From Bacillota bacterium (GTDB lineage: Bacteria; Bacillota; Clostridia; Christensenellales; CAG-138): a DNA stretch of 64,000 nt. Where the stretch lies: positions 565 through 64,564 of the forward strand of contig JAEYSE010000030.1 of assembly GCA_023435025.1 (NCBI GenBank). The letters are read 5' to 3'. This document shows positions 55,231 to 64,000 of this stretch, one piece after another. Position numbers and translations under genes: made by a program. The notes beneath the pieces are model-generated. The model saw only the letters and a program-made list of their open reading frames with translations, ran no database searches and was not told the origin of the DNA. How positions within the stretch are numbered: position 1 is the stretch's first letter; every line of letters starts with the position of its first letter.

Positions 55231-56127
55231 ATGAACAATACCTCCACTATATTTAAAAAAAAGTCGCCCTTATTCTTTTTTCTGCTTCCGGCGCTTGCAT
55301 TTCTTGCGCTGTACCTGTTTTACCCGTTTGTGATGAACGTCATCAACAGCTTTTCCCACATTTCAGGTCTGGGCACGGCCGCCGAAGGGCTCAACGACCC
55401 GTGGTACCTCAACTATGAAAAGCTTTTTCTTGACCCCCAGATGGCCACAGCCCTCAAAAACAGCTTGCTTTTGATGGTGTGCACCATCGTATTCCAGGTA
55501 GGCATCGCGCTTGTGCTTGCGCTTCTGGTAGATAACATCCGGCGTGGGCATGAGTTTTTCCGCACGGTTTATTTCTTCCCCATCGTCATCAGCGCCACGG
55601 CGCTCGGCCTTTTATTTAACCTGATATTTCTTTATAACGGCGGTATGCTCAATCAGCTGCTGCAAAAAGTATTCGGCTTAACCGAGTTTATCGACTGGAA
55701 AGATGAAACCCACTATCTTTTCACCATGTTCTCGCCTGTGATGTGGCAGTACGTCGGGTTTTATTTTGTCATACTAATTACAGGGCTCAACAACATCTCC
55801 CCTGAAATTTATGAGGCCGCGCAATTGGATGGCGCAAGCGGATGGAAGCGGGTGCGCTATGTGACGTTACCGCTACTCCACAACGTGCTTTGCACCTGCC
55901 TTGTGCTCGCGATTACCGGCGCGCTCAAAGCGTTTGACCTTCCCTGGGTGATGATGGGCTCCGGAATTCCCATGGACAGATCGTGGCTGACAGGCACGTA
56001 TATGTATAACCAGACATTCCTTCGTGCGGATGTGGACTACGGCTCCACAATCGCCATCGTGATTGTGGTGCTGGGCGTGGCGATCTCTAAGCTGGCCAAC
56101 AAAGCATTCAAGGAAAAGGACTATTGA
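55231..56127 (+). CDS. carbohydrate ABC transporter permease (MalF/LplB-like)
   Basis: 298 aa, six TM segments, EAA-loop region EAAQLDGASGWKRVRYVTLP. Confidence 0.9.
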   Translation: MNNTSTIFKKKSPLFFFLLPALAFLALYLFYPFVMNVINSFSHISGLGTAAEGLNDPWYLNYEKLFLDPQMATALKNSLLLMVCTIVFQVGIALVLALLVDNIRRGHEFFRTVYFFPIVISATALGLLFNLIFLYNGGMLNQLLQKVFGLTEFIDWKDETHYLFTMFSPVMWQYVGFYFVILITGLNNISPEIYEAAQLDGASGWKRVRYVTLPLLHNVLCTCLVLAITGALKAFDLPWVMMGSGIPMDRSWLTGTYMYNQTFLRADVDYGSTIAIVIVVLGVAISKLANKAFKEKDY

Positions 56128-56128
56128 T

Positions 56129-57022
56129 ATGGAACTGCAAACAGATACGAAGCCCATCGTGAGAAGGCGCCGCGTTTCTTGGCCCCGGGCGCTCACATAC
56201 ATCCCACTAAGCGTATGGGCGCTCACCACCATATACCCGTTCTTCTGGGTCATCATCAATTCCTTCCGTGTCCGGGGCGAGATCCGCTCGGACAGCTTTT
56301 CCATACCCTGGCCGTGGCTGCCCTCCTTTACGCTGGACAATTATACAACAGCGTTTGAGCGTGCGGATATGGTGACCGCCTATCGCAATAGCCTTTTAAT
56401 CTCAGTCACTGTTACGCTGGTTGTGGTGATACTTGCCGGGCTTGCCGCTTATGGCATGGTCCGCTACGAGTTCAAGGGCAAGAAACTGCTCCACTCCCTT
56501 ATTATCGCCAGTATGATGTTCCCGGTGTTCTCTACCATTATCCCGGTGTTCCGCATGGAGGTTGCGCTGGGAATTGCGGGCACCACCAACACGTGGCTTT
56601 CACTTTTAGCTACGGCGCTGCCGCAGATCGCGGGGAATTTATCGTTTGCGATTGTGGTGCTGATGGGCTTTATCCGCTCGCTGCCTGTGGATATGGAAGA
56701 AGCGGCTTACTTAGACGGCTGCAACGTGTTCCAGATTTATTTTAAAATCATTATGCCGGTGGCGCGGCCCTCGTTTGCAACGGTTGCGATATTCTCCTTC
56801 CTATGGTCGTATAACGACCTGTTCACGCAGATGTTCTTTCTGCGCCTGCCCAACCAGCGGACGATTACGCTGCTGTTAAACGAAATCAGCTCCCAGGCGG
56901 GCGTCAACTACGGCTTTATGGCGGCGGCGGTGGTCGTGGTGGTGATTCCGGTTGTGCTGGTATATATCCTGCTGCAGAAGAATATCATTAAGGGTTTGAC
57001 CGCGGGGGCAATCAAGGGATAA
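56129..57022 (+). CDS. carbohydrate ABC transporter permease (MalG/LplC-like)
   Basis: EAA loop EEAAYLDGCNVFQIYFKIIMP. ATG 56129 lies 1 nt after the previous stop; the ORF track starts at 56063. Confidence 0.9.
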   Translation: MELQTDTKPIVRRRRVSWPRALTYIPLSVWALTTIYPFFWVIINSFRVRGEIRSDSFSIPWPWLPSFTLDNYTTAFERADMVTAYRNSLLISVTVTLVVVILAGLAAYGMVRYEFKGKKLLHSLIIASMMFPVFSTIIPVFRMEVALGIAGTTNTWLSLLATALPQIAGNLSFAIVVLMGFIRSLPVDMEEAAYLDGCNVFQIYFKIIMPVARPSFATVAIFSFLWSYNDLFTQMFFLRLPNQRTITLLLNEISSQAGVNYGFMAAAVVVVVIPVVLVYILLQKNIIKGLTAGAIKG

Positions 57023-57254
57023 ATCTTTCATACAGGGGCTTTGCCCCTAACCCCACTCAAGGGACACGTCCCTTGAGAATCCCCTTTGGGTTTTTAGGGC
57101 CGTTACGGCCCTAAACGGAGGTTTGGGGGGACGTAGCCACGCGCCGCCTGTGGCGGAAGAAGCGCAGCGTAGTCCCAGTGAGCAAGGGAGCATATGCGAC
57201 CATTGCGAACTGTGGGGCCAGCGCCTCCAACGTACCATTTATCATCAAGGTCCG

Positions 57255-57281
57255 CATCTTTCCCGCAGGAAAGATGTTTTC
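57255..57281 (+). terminator. terminator-like hairpin upstream of the response-regulator gene
   Basis: CATCTTTCC cgca GGAAAGATG followed by TTTTCAT. Confidence 0.5.
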
Positions 57282-57316
57282 ATATGTGGTAAAATGTGTG
57301 TGTGGAGGTGAAATGT

Positions 57317-58087
57317 ATGTGGAAAGTGGCGCTCATTGACGACGAAGAGATCATCGTCGAAGGGCTCAGGCGCATCGTGCCCTGGGAACGCTACAGTTGC
57401 GAGGTGGTCACCACCGCATACAACGCCGCGGAAGGCGAGCGCGCCATCCGCACGCATACGCCCGACATCGTGGTGACGGACATCAAAATGCCGGATGCGG
57501 ACGGGCTGACCATGCTCGCCGGGATTCGCAGCGAGTTTCCGGACATGCAGATTATCGTGCTTTCCGGCCATAGCGATTTTGCGTACGCGCAGCAGGCCAT
57601 ATGCCTTGGCGTGCGCCGCTTTTTATTGAAGCCCTCCAAAATGGAGGAAATCGAGGAAGCGCTTCTTTGCGTAACAACGTATTTAAGCGGCAAGGGCAAT
57701 GACACGGAGGAGGAAACGGCGGAGGAACAACTCTCGGGCGCAGGCAGCTATGTGGTGCGCCAGGCGGCGGCGTATATGGAAGAGCATTATGCCGAGCGGC
57801 TGACTCTGCAGACAGTGGCAGAGCACTGCTATGTGTCTCAGTGGCATCTTTCCAAGCTGCTGAACAAGCACGCGAGCCAGTCCTTCTATGATCTGTTGAA
57901 CGCCATTCGCATCAATCGCGCGCGGGAAATGTTGAAGGACCCGAGCCTGAAAATCAACGAAATCTGCGAACTGACGGGCTACGCGGATACCGCGCACTTT
58001 GCACGGGTATTCAAGCGCATCGCGGGCATGAGCGCAAACGAATATCGGAACACGATATGCCGCTTCAAGGCCAAGCCGCAACAATAA
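57317..58087 (+). CDS. response regulator, receiver + AraC-type HTH (YesN-like)
   Basis: ALIDDE..DIVVTDIKMPDADG..LLKP receiver residues are intact. C-terminal AraC HTH (YADTAHFARVFKRIAGMSANEYR). ATG 57317 follows GGAGGTG. Confidence 0.9.
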   Translation: MWKVALIDDEEIIVEGLRRIVPWERYSCEVVTTAYNAAEGERAIRTHTPDIVVTDIKMPDADGLTMLAGIRSEFPDMQIIVLSGHSDFAYAQQAICLGVRRFLLKPSKMEEIEEALLCVTTYLSGKGNDTEEETAEEQLSGAGSYVVRQAAAYMEEHYAERLTLQTVAEHCYVSQWHLSKLLNKHASQSFYDLLNAIRINRAREMLKDPSLKINEICELTGYADTAHFARVFKRIAGMSANEYRNTICRFKAKPQQ

Positions 58088-58235
58088 CATTCAAAATATG
58101 ACATCAATAAAACCCGACAAGCAGAAGCAAATAATCGCAGCCTGAGCACTTTTTAAATGTTTGGGCGGCGATTTATACTTTATGTAGATATCATAGAGGC
58201 GCATGCCTTTTACACAAAAAATGCCGGAGGAATGC

Positions 58236-60623
58236 ATGAAATACGGCCATTTTGATAGCAACGCAAAAGAGTATGTCATAGACCGCGTGGACCTGCCCGT
58301 CTCCTGGACCAACTACATCGGCACGAAAGACATGTGCGGCGTATTCAACCATACGGCGGGGGGATATCTGTTTTACAAAACCCCGGAATACCACCGCATT
58401 ACGCGCTTTCGCCCGAACGGCGTGCCCATGGACGGCCCGGGGCATTATGTGTACCTGCGGGATGATGATACGGGTGAATACTGGAGCATCTCCTGGCAGC
58501 CGGTGGGGAAGCCGCTCGAGAAAGCACAATACTCCTGCCGCCACGGGCTTTCTTATACCGTTTATACGTGCGAGTACAACGGCATCCGCGCAACCAAGAA
58601 GCTTTCCGCGGCAATGGACGACCCTGTGGAGATCTGGGATATCACGCTCATAAACACAAGCGGTCGGCCGCGTAATATCAGCGTATTTTCATATTGTGAA
58701 TTCTCGTTCCACCACATCGCCATGGACAACCAGAATTTCCAGATGAGCCTGTATGCGGCGGGTTCACGTTACGAAAGCGGCGTGATTGAACACGACCTCT
58801 ACTACGAGGAAAACGGCTTCCAGTTCTTTGCCGCAAGCTTTGAGCCCGACGGCTTTGACTGCCTACGGGACAGCTTTATAGGACCCTACCGCACGGAACG
58901 CAACCCGGCGGCGGTGGAGCGCGGGGAATGTTCGGGCAGCTATGAAAAGGGCGGCAACCACTGCGGCGCGCTGCACAAAAAGTTTGCACTGAGTGCAGAG
59001 GAAACAACGCGCTTTTTCTTCCTGCTGGGCGAAGGGCGAGTGGAAGCGGGCGTAAATATGCGCGAGAAATACGGCAACGCGCAAGCCGTGGATGCACAGG
59101 GGAATAAGCTTGCAGCATTCTGGGAAGAAAGGCTTTCCCGTTTGCAGGTTGTAACCCCCAACCCGGGCATGAACGAACTACTAAACATCTGGACGCTGTA
59201 CCAGAGTGAAATTAACGTGCTGTTCTCCCGCTTTTCCTCCTTCATAGAGGTGGGTGGACGCACTGGCCTGGGGTACCGCGATACCGCCCAGGACGCCATG
59301 ACCATACCGCACTCCGAACCGGAGGGCTGCAAGCTGCGCATCCTGCAGCTGATGCGCGCGCTCACCTCCCATGGCTACGGCCTGCACCTATTTGAGCCAA
59401 GGTGGTTCGAGCCTGAGGAAGAGAAACCCTTCAAATCCCCCACCGTCATTCCGACGCCGGAAAAATCAAGCTATGTGCATGGGTTAAAGGATGCCTGTTC
59501 CGACGACGCGCTATGGCTTGTTGGCGCGGTGGTGAACTATGTGAAGGAAACGGGGGATTTTGAACTCCTTTCCACCGTGCTTCCCTATGCGGACGAAGGC
59601 GAGGACACCATATACGGCCACTTAAAGCGCATCCTGCTGTTCACCGCGCGGGAAACCGGCCCCAACGGCATTGCAAAGGGGCTGCGGGCGGACTGGAACG
59701 ACTGCCTGAATTTGGGCGGCGGTGAGAGTGCGATGGTGAGCTTTTTGCATTACTGGGCGCTGATTCAGTTCGTGGAGCTTGCTGAGCATTTGGGGCGGAA
59801 AGAGGATGCAAGCTATTTTTCCGCTATGGCCCGTGACGTCAGGCGCCGCTCTGAGGAAGTGTTGTGGGACGGCGCGTGGTACATCCGGGGCATCACGGCG
59901 GACGGGCGCAAAATAGGTACTTCCGGGGATAAAGAGGGCAAGGTGCACCTGGAGAGCAACGCATGGGCGGTGCTCTCCGGCGCAGCCTCTCCCGAGCGCG
60001 GTAGACTCTGCATGAACGCAGTCCGGGAATATCTCTTTACGGAATACGGCCTGATGCTCAACGCACCGCCCTACACCGAGCCCGACGAGGGGATCGGCTT
60101 TGTGACCCGCGTGTATCCGGGCGTAAAGGAAAACGGCGCGATATTCTCCCACCCCAACCCGTGGGCGTGGGCGGCAGAATGCATATTGGGCCGCGGGGAT
60201 ACCGCCATGACGTATTACGACGCGCTCTCCCCCTATAACCAGAACGATAAAATAGAGATTCGCCAGGCCGAGCCTTACACCTACTGCCAATTTGTCATGG
60301 GGCGCGCGCATACGGCATTTGGCCGGGCGCGGCATCCGTTTATGACGGGCAGCGCGGGCTGGGCATATTTTAGCGCCACGCAATACATGCTGGGCATCAA
60401 GCCGGGGTTTGACGGGTTAACTGTAGACCCTTGTATCCCGAAAGACTGGAAGGGCTTTTCCATCACGCGAGTCTACCGTGGCGCAACCTACCACATCCAA
60501 GTCAGCAACCCGCGCGGCGTGGAAAAGGGAGTAAAGTCCATTACCATCGACGGGCAGCGGGTGGAAAAAATCCCGCTCATCAATCGTGGCGAAGCGTGCG
60601 ATATCGCAATCGAAATGGGGTAA
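58236..60623 (+). CDS. GH94 disaccharide phosphorylase (N,N'-diacetylchitobiose phosphorylase / cellobiose phosphorylase family)
   Basis: MKYGHFDSNAKEYVI..PVSWTNYIG..RFRPNGVPMDGPGHYVYLRDDDTGEYWS..GLGYRDTAQD..RADWNDCLNLGGGES..NGAIFSHPNPWAW closely follows the GH94 ChbP/CBP pattern. ATG 58236 follows GGAGG. Confidence 0.85.
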   Translation: MKYGHFDSNAKEYVIDRVDLPVSWTNYIGTKDMCGVFNHTAGGYLFYKTPEYHRITRFRPNGVPMDGPGHYVYLRDDDTGEYWSISWQPVGKPLEKAQYSCRHGLSYTVYTCEYNGIRATKKLSAAMDDPVEIWDITLINTSGRPRNISVFSYCEFSFHHIAMDNQNFQMSLYAAGSRYESGVIEHDLYYEENGFQFFAASFEPDGFDCLRDSFIGPYRTERNPAAVERGECSGSYEKGGNHCGALHKKFALSAEETTRFFFLLGEGRVEAGVNMREKYGNAQAVDAQGNKLAAFWEERLSRLQVVTPNPGMNELLNIWTLYQSEINVLFSRFSSFIEVGGRTGLGYRDTAQDAMTIPHSEPEGCKLRILQLMRALTSHGYGLHLFEPRWFEPEEEKPFKSPTVIPTPEKSSYVHGLKDACSDDALWLVGAVVNYVKETGDFELLSTVLPYADEGEDTIYGHLKRILLFTARETGPNGIAKGLRADWNDCLNLGGGESAMVSFLHYWALIQFVELAEHLGRKEDASYFSAMARDVRRRSEEVLWDGAWYIRGITADGRKIGTSGDKEGKVHLESNAWAVLSGAASPERGRLCMNAVREYLFTEYGLMLNAPPYTEPDEGIGFVTRVYPGVKENGAIFSHPNPWAWAAECILGRGDTAMTYYDALSPYNQNDKIEIRQAEPYTYCQFVMGRAHTAFGRARHPFMTGSAGWAYFSATQYMLGIKPGFDGLTVDPCIPKDWKGFSITRVYRGATYHIQVSNPRGVEKGVKSITIDGQRVEKIPLINRGEACDIAIEMG

Positions 60624-60627
60624 CACT

Positions 60628-62043
60628 ATGATCAGGTTCGGAACCGGCGGGTGGCGCGCCATCATCGCGGATGAGTTTACAAAGGCCAACCTGCAGCTTT
60701 TGGTGAGCGGCCTTTGCCGCATGATGCAGGACGAGGGAAAGGCCGAAAAGGGCATATGCATCGGCTACGACCGGCGCTTTTTATCCAAGGAAGCCGCCAT
60801 GTGGGCCGCAGAGGTGTTTGCTGGCAACGGCATACTTTGCAGAATATTAGACCGCGAAGCCCCCACCCCGCTCATTATGTATACCGTGAAGCTCTATTCG
60901 CTCGAGTACGGGATGGCGATCACCGCCAGCCATAACCCCGCCATTTACAATGGCGTGAAGCTGTTTACATTCGGCGGGCGGGATGCGGAGGAGATCATAA
61001 CGCGAAAGCTGGAGGATTATATAGACCGGGTGCAGGAAGTGAAAACCCTTCCCTATCCGCAGGGTCGCTCGGCCGGGCTCATTGAGGAGATCAACCCGCA
61101 GAATGCGTACATAGACAGCATACTCTCGCTCGTGGATGTGGAGGCCATTAAATCCGCGCGCTTAAAGATCGCTTTCGACCCGATGTTCGGCGTGAGCCAG
61201 ACAAGCCTTCGTACCATACTTTTGACCGCGCGCTGCGAGGTGTACGCCATACACGAGAGACACGATACGCTCTTTGGGGGCAGGCTCCCCGCGCCCAACG
61301 TGGATACTTTAAACTCGCTGAGCAACTTCGTGATGGAAAACAAATGCGACATCGGCATCGCCACCGACGGCGACGCCGACCGCATCGGCGTGATCGACGA
61401 CAAAGGCGAGTTCGTGCACCCAAACCACCTTTTGGTGCTGCTCTACTATTACCTCATGCAGTACCGTGGCTGGCGCGGCCCGGTGGTGCGTAACAACTCA
61501 ACCACGCACCTGCTGGATCACGTGGCGAAGGGCTACGGCGAGGTCTGCTATGAAGTGCCGGTGGGCTTTAAGCATATTTCCTCCAAAATGGAGGAGGTCG
61601 GCGCGATTATCGGCGGCGAATCGTCCGGCGGTCTTACTGTAAAGGGGCATATCCGGGGCAAGGACGGCATATACGCCGCAGCCCTGCTGGCGGAGATGAT
61701 GGCGAAGACGGGCAAGCGGCTTTCGGAACTCTACCGTGAAATCACCGACCGGTTTGGTTCCGTCTATACCGCGGAAGCCGAAGTAATACTCACGCCCAAA
61801 CTAAAGGAGGCGTTAAGCCGCAGGCTTTTAGAGGAAAAGGAGCTTCCGCGCTTCCCGTTTGAAATACAGAAGGTCTCGTATCTGGACGGTTGCAAAGTGT
61901 ATTTCGCAAACGGCGGCTGGGTGGTGGCGCGCTTTTCCGGCACGGAGCCGCTGTTGCGGCTGTGCAGCGAAATGTCCTCCGAGCAGGACGCGCAAACGTG
62001 CATCCGTTTGTTCCAAAGCATACTGGAAGGGGTGGCGGCATGA
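60628..62043 (+). CDS. alpha-D-phosphohexomutase family (phosphoglucomutase / phospho-N-acetylglucosamine mutase candidate)
   Basis: FGTGGWR, active-site TASHNP, metal loop DGDADR and GGESSGG. ATG 60628; the ORF track starts at 60586. Confidence 0.85.
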   Translation: MIRFGTGGWRAIIADEFTKANLQLLVSGLCRMMQDEGKAEKGICIGYDRRFLSKEAAMWAAEVFAGNGILCRILDREAPTPLIMYTVKLYSLEYGMAITASHNPAIYNGVKLFTFGGRDAEEIITRKLEDYIDRVQEVKTLPYPQGRSAGLIEEINPQNAYIDSILSLVDVEAIKSARLKIAFDPMFGVSQTSLRTILLTARCEVYAIHERHDTLFGGRLPAPNVDTLNSLSNFVMENKCDIGIATDGDADRIGVIDDKGEFVHPNHLLVLLYYYLMQYRGWRGPVVRNNSTTHLLDHVAKGYGEVCYEVPVGFKHISSKMEEVGAIIGGESSGGLTVKGHIRGKDGIYAAALLAEMMAKTGKRLSELYREITDRFGSVYTAEAEVILTPKLKEALSRRLLEEKELPRFPFEIQKVSYLDGCKVYFANGGWVVARFSGTEPLLRLCSEMSSEQDAQTCIRLFQSILEGVAA

Positions 62044-62765
62044 AAATCATAAAGATGCCGGATTACAACGGGATGAGCAGGCAGGCTGCGAACATACTTT
62101 CCGCGCAGGTCATCATGAAGCCGGACAGCGTATTGGGTCTCGCTACGGGTTCTACACCGATTGGCGTATACAGGCAGCTGGTGGAGTGGTACAAAAAGGG
62201 CGATATCGATTTTTCGCAAGTTCGCACCGTCAACCTGGACGAATACTGCGGCTTGGCGCCCGATCACGAGCAAAGCTATGCACATTTCATGTGGGAACAC
62301 CTGTTTTCCCAAATCAACATCAAAAAGGAAAACGTGCATCTTCCAAACGGGCTTGAGCCGGACGAAAAAAAGGAATGTGCCCGTTACAACGCGCTGTTGG
62401 AGAAGCTCGGTTTTATTGATTTACAGCTCTTGGGCATCGGCCACAACGGGCACATCGGCTTTAATGAGCCGGGGCACGCCTTCGCACTTGAAACCCACCG
62501 CGTCAAGCTGACCGAAAGCACATTGCAGGCAAATTCACGTTTATTTGACAGCATTGCGGACATGCCCCGCTACGCGTACAGCATGGGCATCAAGTCCATC
62601 ATGCAGGCGCGGCGCATACTGGTTATCGTTTCGGGTGCGGACAAGGCGGATATTGTGAAGCAGGCGTTTACCGGCGAGGTCTCCCCCGCCGTCCCCGCCT
62701 CCGTGTTGCAGCTTCACCCCGGCGTGACGCTGGTGGGGGATGAGGCGGCGTTAGCAAAGCTGTAG
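62040..62765 (+). CDS. nagB: glucosamine-6-phosphate deaminase
   Basis: MKIIKM..LGLATGSTP..VNLDEY..LLGIGHNGHIGFNEPG. Its ATG overlaps the upstream stop (ATGA). The ORF track starts at 61890. Confidence 0.9.
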   Translation: MKIIKMPDYNGMSRQAANILSAQVIMKPDSVLGLATGSTPIGVYRQLVEWYKKGDIDFSQVRTVNLDEYCGLAPDHEQSYAHFMWEHLFSQINIKKENVHLPNGLEPDEKKECARYNALLEKLGFIDLQLLGIGHNGHIGFNEPGHAFALETHRVKLTESTLQANSRLFDSIADMPRYAYSMGIKSIMQARRILVIVSGADKADIVKQAFTGEVSPAVPASVLQLHPGVTLVGDEAALAKL

Positions 62766-62842
62766 AATACTCCAGCGCTTTGCCCCGGACCCTCTTCTGT
62801 TCTTTCTGGGAATGAACAGAAGCAAAAGAAAGCATTCATATA

Positions 62843-62877
62843 GAAAGGCCGGGACAATCCCGGCCTTTCGTATTTTT
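62843..62877. terminator. bidirectional Rho-independent terminator between nagB and aroE
   Basis: GAAAGGCCGGGA caa TCCCGGCCTTTC followed by GTATTTTT. Confidence 0.8.
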
Positions 62878-63721
62878 AGCTAAACTCCTTTTCGAGCGCC
62901 GCATACATCACATCTGTGGGCGCGTCCTCTCCCGTCCAGAGCTTGAAGCCTATGGCGCCCTGCTCTACCAGCATGGAAAGGCCGTCGTATACTTTTGCGC
63001 CACGCGCTTTCGCTTTTTGCAAAAAGGGCGTATTTGCGGGGTTGGGTATGATATCCTGCACGACCATATCCGGCGTGATATCCTCATAGCGGATATCCGG
63101 GGCGGATGGGTCGGGATACAGCCCAATCGATGTGGCATTGATCAGAATATCGCATTGGGGGATGCGGAGCCCCGGTTCCCACAGGAAGGCTTCCGCTTTG
63201 CAGGCGGTGTTTTGGTTGACGACAGCCGCAATTTCCTCGGCCTTTTTCAGCGTACGGTTGAACAGCAGGATTCGGGCGCAACCTGCCAGCGCGCATTCCA
63301 CGCAGATCGCTCGGGAAGCGCCGCCCGCCCCCAGCACAACCGCTGTCTTTCCAATTAAAGTTATCCCGTTCTTCCGCATGCCCTCCACAAAACCCGCGCC
63401 GTCCGTATTGTCTCCGTAGAGCACGCCGTTTCGGTTGACGACGGTATTGATAGCGCCGATGAGCTTCGCTTTATCGCTCAATTCATCCACATACTTCATG
63501 GCCTCCACCTTATGCGGCACCGTCAGGTTGATACCGCCAAAGTGCATCGCACGCATGCCTTCAAATGCGGTATGAAGCGCGGCGGGCTCCACCAGCAGGA
63601 TCAGATACCGCCAGTTCAGGTTCTTTGCCTGAAACGCCGCCTCCTGCATTATGGCGGTTGGGTTTTCGTCCACCGGGCAGCCGAATACGCCGGTCAGCTC
63701 CGCGCGATAGTTTTTCTCCAT
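62876..63721 (-). CDS. aroE: shikimate (quinate/shikimate) 5-dehydrogenase
   Basis: 281 aa. GVFGCPV..NLTVPHK..NT..GDNTDG..VLGAGGASRA pattern of AroE. Confidence 0.85.
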   Translation of the reverse strand: MEKNYRAELTGVFGCPVDENPTAIMQEAAFQAKNLNWRYLILLVEPAALHTAFEGMRAMHFGGINLTVPHKVEAMKYVDELSDKAKLIGAINTVVNRNGVLYGDNTDGAGFVEGMRKNGITLIGKTAVVLGAGGASRAICVECALAGCARILLFNRTLKKAEEIAAVVNQNTACKAEAFLWEPGLRIPQCDILINATSIGLYPDPSAPDIRYEDITPDMVVQDIIPNPANTPFLQKAKARGAKVYDGLSMLVEQGAIGFKLWTGEDAPTDVMYAALEKEFS

Positions 63722-63773
63722 GTATCTTCCCTCCTAGCCCTTCTGATGCGCCACGGCGCATGTTGTTTCCCCC

Positions 63774-63802
63774 ATTGTACCATCGGACCATTACGCTTTC
63801 AA
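63774..63802 (-). promoter_or_regulatory. putative sigma-A promoter of aroE
   Basis: On the minus strand: TTGAAA, 17-nt spacer ending in TGg, then TACAAT (extended -10). About 50 nt upstream of the aroE ATG. Confidence 0.6.
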
Positions 63803-63810
63803 CGCGCCTT

Positions 63811-63848
63811 AAACATACTTGAAGCGAGCGGCAATACCGCCCGCTTCA
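63811..63848 (-). terminator. terminator of an upstream minus-strand gene that lies mostly outside the window
   Basis: On the minus strand: TGAAGCGGGCGG tattg CCGCTCGCTTCA (12 bp, one G-U pair) followed by AGTATGTTTAA. Confidence 0.45.
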
Positions 63849-64000
63849 GCTTGTCTAAAATGTACGCGGTTGCATTGGGGGCTCCATCCAACCCTAGGAC
63901 TTAGAACCGATTTACCGGATCGGTTTCCCCGCCCTGCCCTACGCCGTTTCTTCAGTCTATCCGTTCTGTGTGCGCGCGATCTCGGTGTTGTCCTTTGTCC

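Noticed and set aside
57047-57311. Two small ORFs (63 aa minus strand, 62 aa plus strand) in the palindrome-rich spacer
   Set aside because: They are composed of hairpin sequences and have no RBS. The region is better interpreted as a structured non-coding element.
59622-60383. 253-aa minus-strand ORF inside the GH94 gene. The same reasoning applies to 26760..27611, 46267..46974, 43926..44678, 47614..48120 and 61764..62339.
   Set aside because: All are antisense to strongly supported genes and have arginine/glycine-rich, motif-less translations.
63722-64000. T-box or other riboswitch upstream of aroE
   Set aside because: I looked for the T-box consensus (GGTGGTACCGCG-like) and a specifier/terminator arrangement and found neither. 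The region is explained instead by a good TTGAAA-17-TACAAT promoter close to aroE and by the terminator of an upstream gene.
63849-64000. Possible 3' end of a further minus-strand gene at the right edge
   Set aside because: Two frames remain open to the window edge and stop at 63960 or 63952. With fewer than 50 codons and no recognisable motif, I cannot choose a frame or a product.

Overview
This 64-kb window comes from a moderately GC-rich chromosome. I infer a Gram-positive, Clostridia-like organism from the GGAGG-type RBSs, the lipoprotein lipoboxes and the gene content. No tools were used. Start codons were re-derived by hand from the sequence wherever I differ from the ORF track. Left to right: (1) 1-9.4 kb holds a long minus-strand operon. 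It encodes a BMP-lipoprotein nucleoside ABC importer, a purine-nucleoside phosphorylase, an MtaD-type deaminase, an MtnA-type isomerase, a class II aldolase and a Cys/Met PLP enzyme that is cut by the window edge and absent from the ORF track. A divergent DeoR regulator sits next to it. I read this as a deaminase-first DHAP-shunt route for 5'-deoxyadenosine/MTA salvage. (2) 10.4-18.1 kb is an accessory stretch. It contains two direct arrays of a ~36-bp tandem repeat, a CheW/MCP/HD-GYP operon, a frameshifted small tyrosine recombinase, and a clearly AT-rich island. The island carries a tightly coupled operon: a His-ladder repeat protein, a coiled-coil/CHAT caspase-like protease, and a hidden 57-codon ORF. 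This is my best candidate for an undescribed conflict or defence system. (3) 18.1-35.1 kb is a large ROK-associated amino-sugar locus. It has LmbE, ceramidase-like and NagA deacylases, a NagB-like protein, an ABC importer, a DegT aminotransferase, two Gfo/Idh/MocA oxidoreductases, two TIM-barrel isomerases, a CBM9-like protein and a PfkB kinase. (4) 35.3-42.9 kb holds small housekeeping and stress genes, including a CDF exporter behind a structured terminator-containing leader, ptsI, a MarR/nitroreductase pair, and a PadR regulator with membrane proteins. (5) 43-50.5 kb has a P-type Ca2+-type ATPase flanked by a large SPFH protein and an NfeD/flotillin pair. (6) 50.6-62.8 kb has an XRE regulator, a CobO-type adenosyltransferase and a YesM/YesN-type two-component system. 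It continues with a sugar ABC importer, a GH94 phosphorylase, a phosphohexomutase and NagB, which together form a chitobiose locus. (7) aroE follows, with its promoter. I saw no rRNA, tRNA, CRISPR array or intact IS element.
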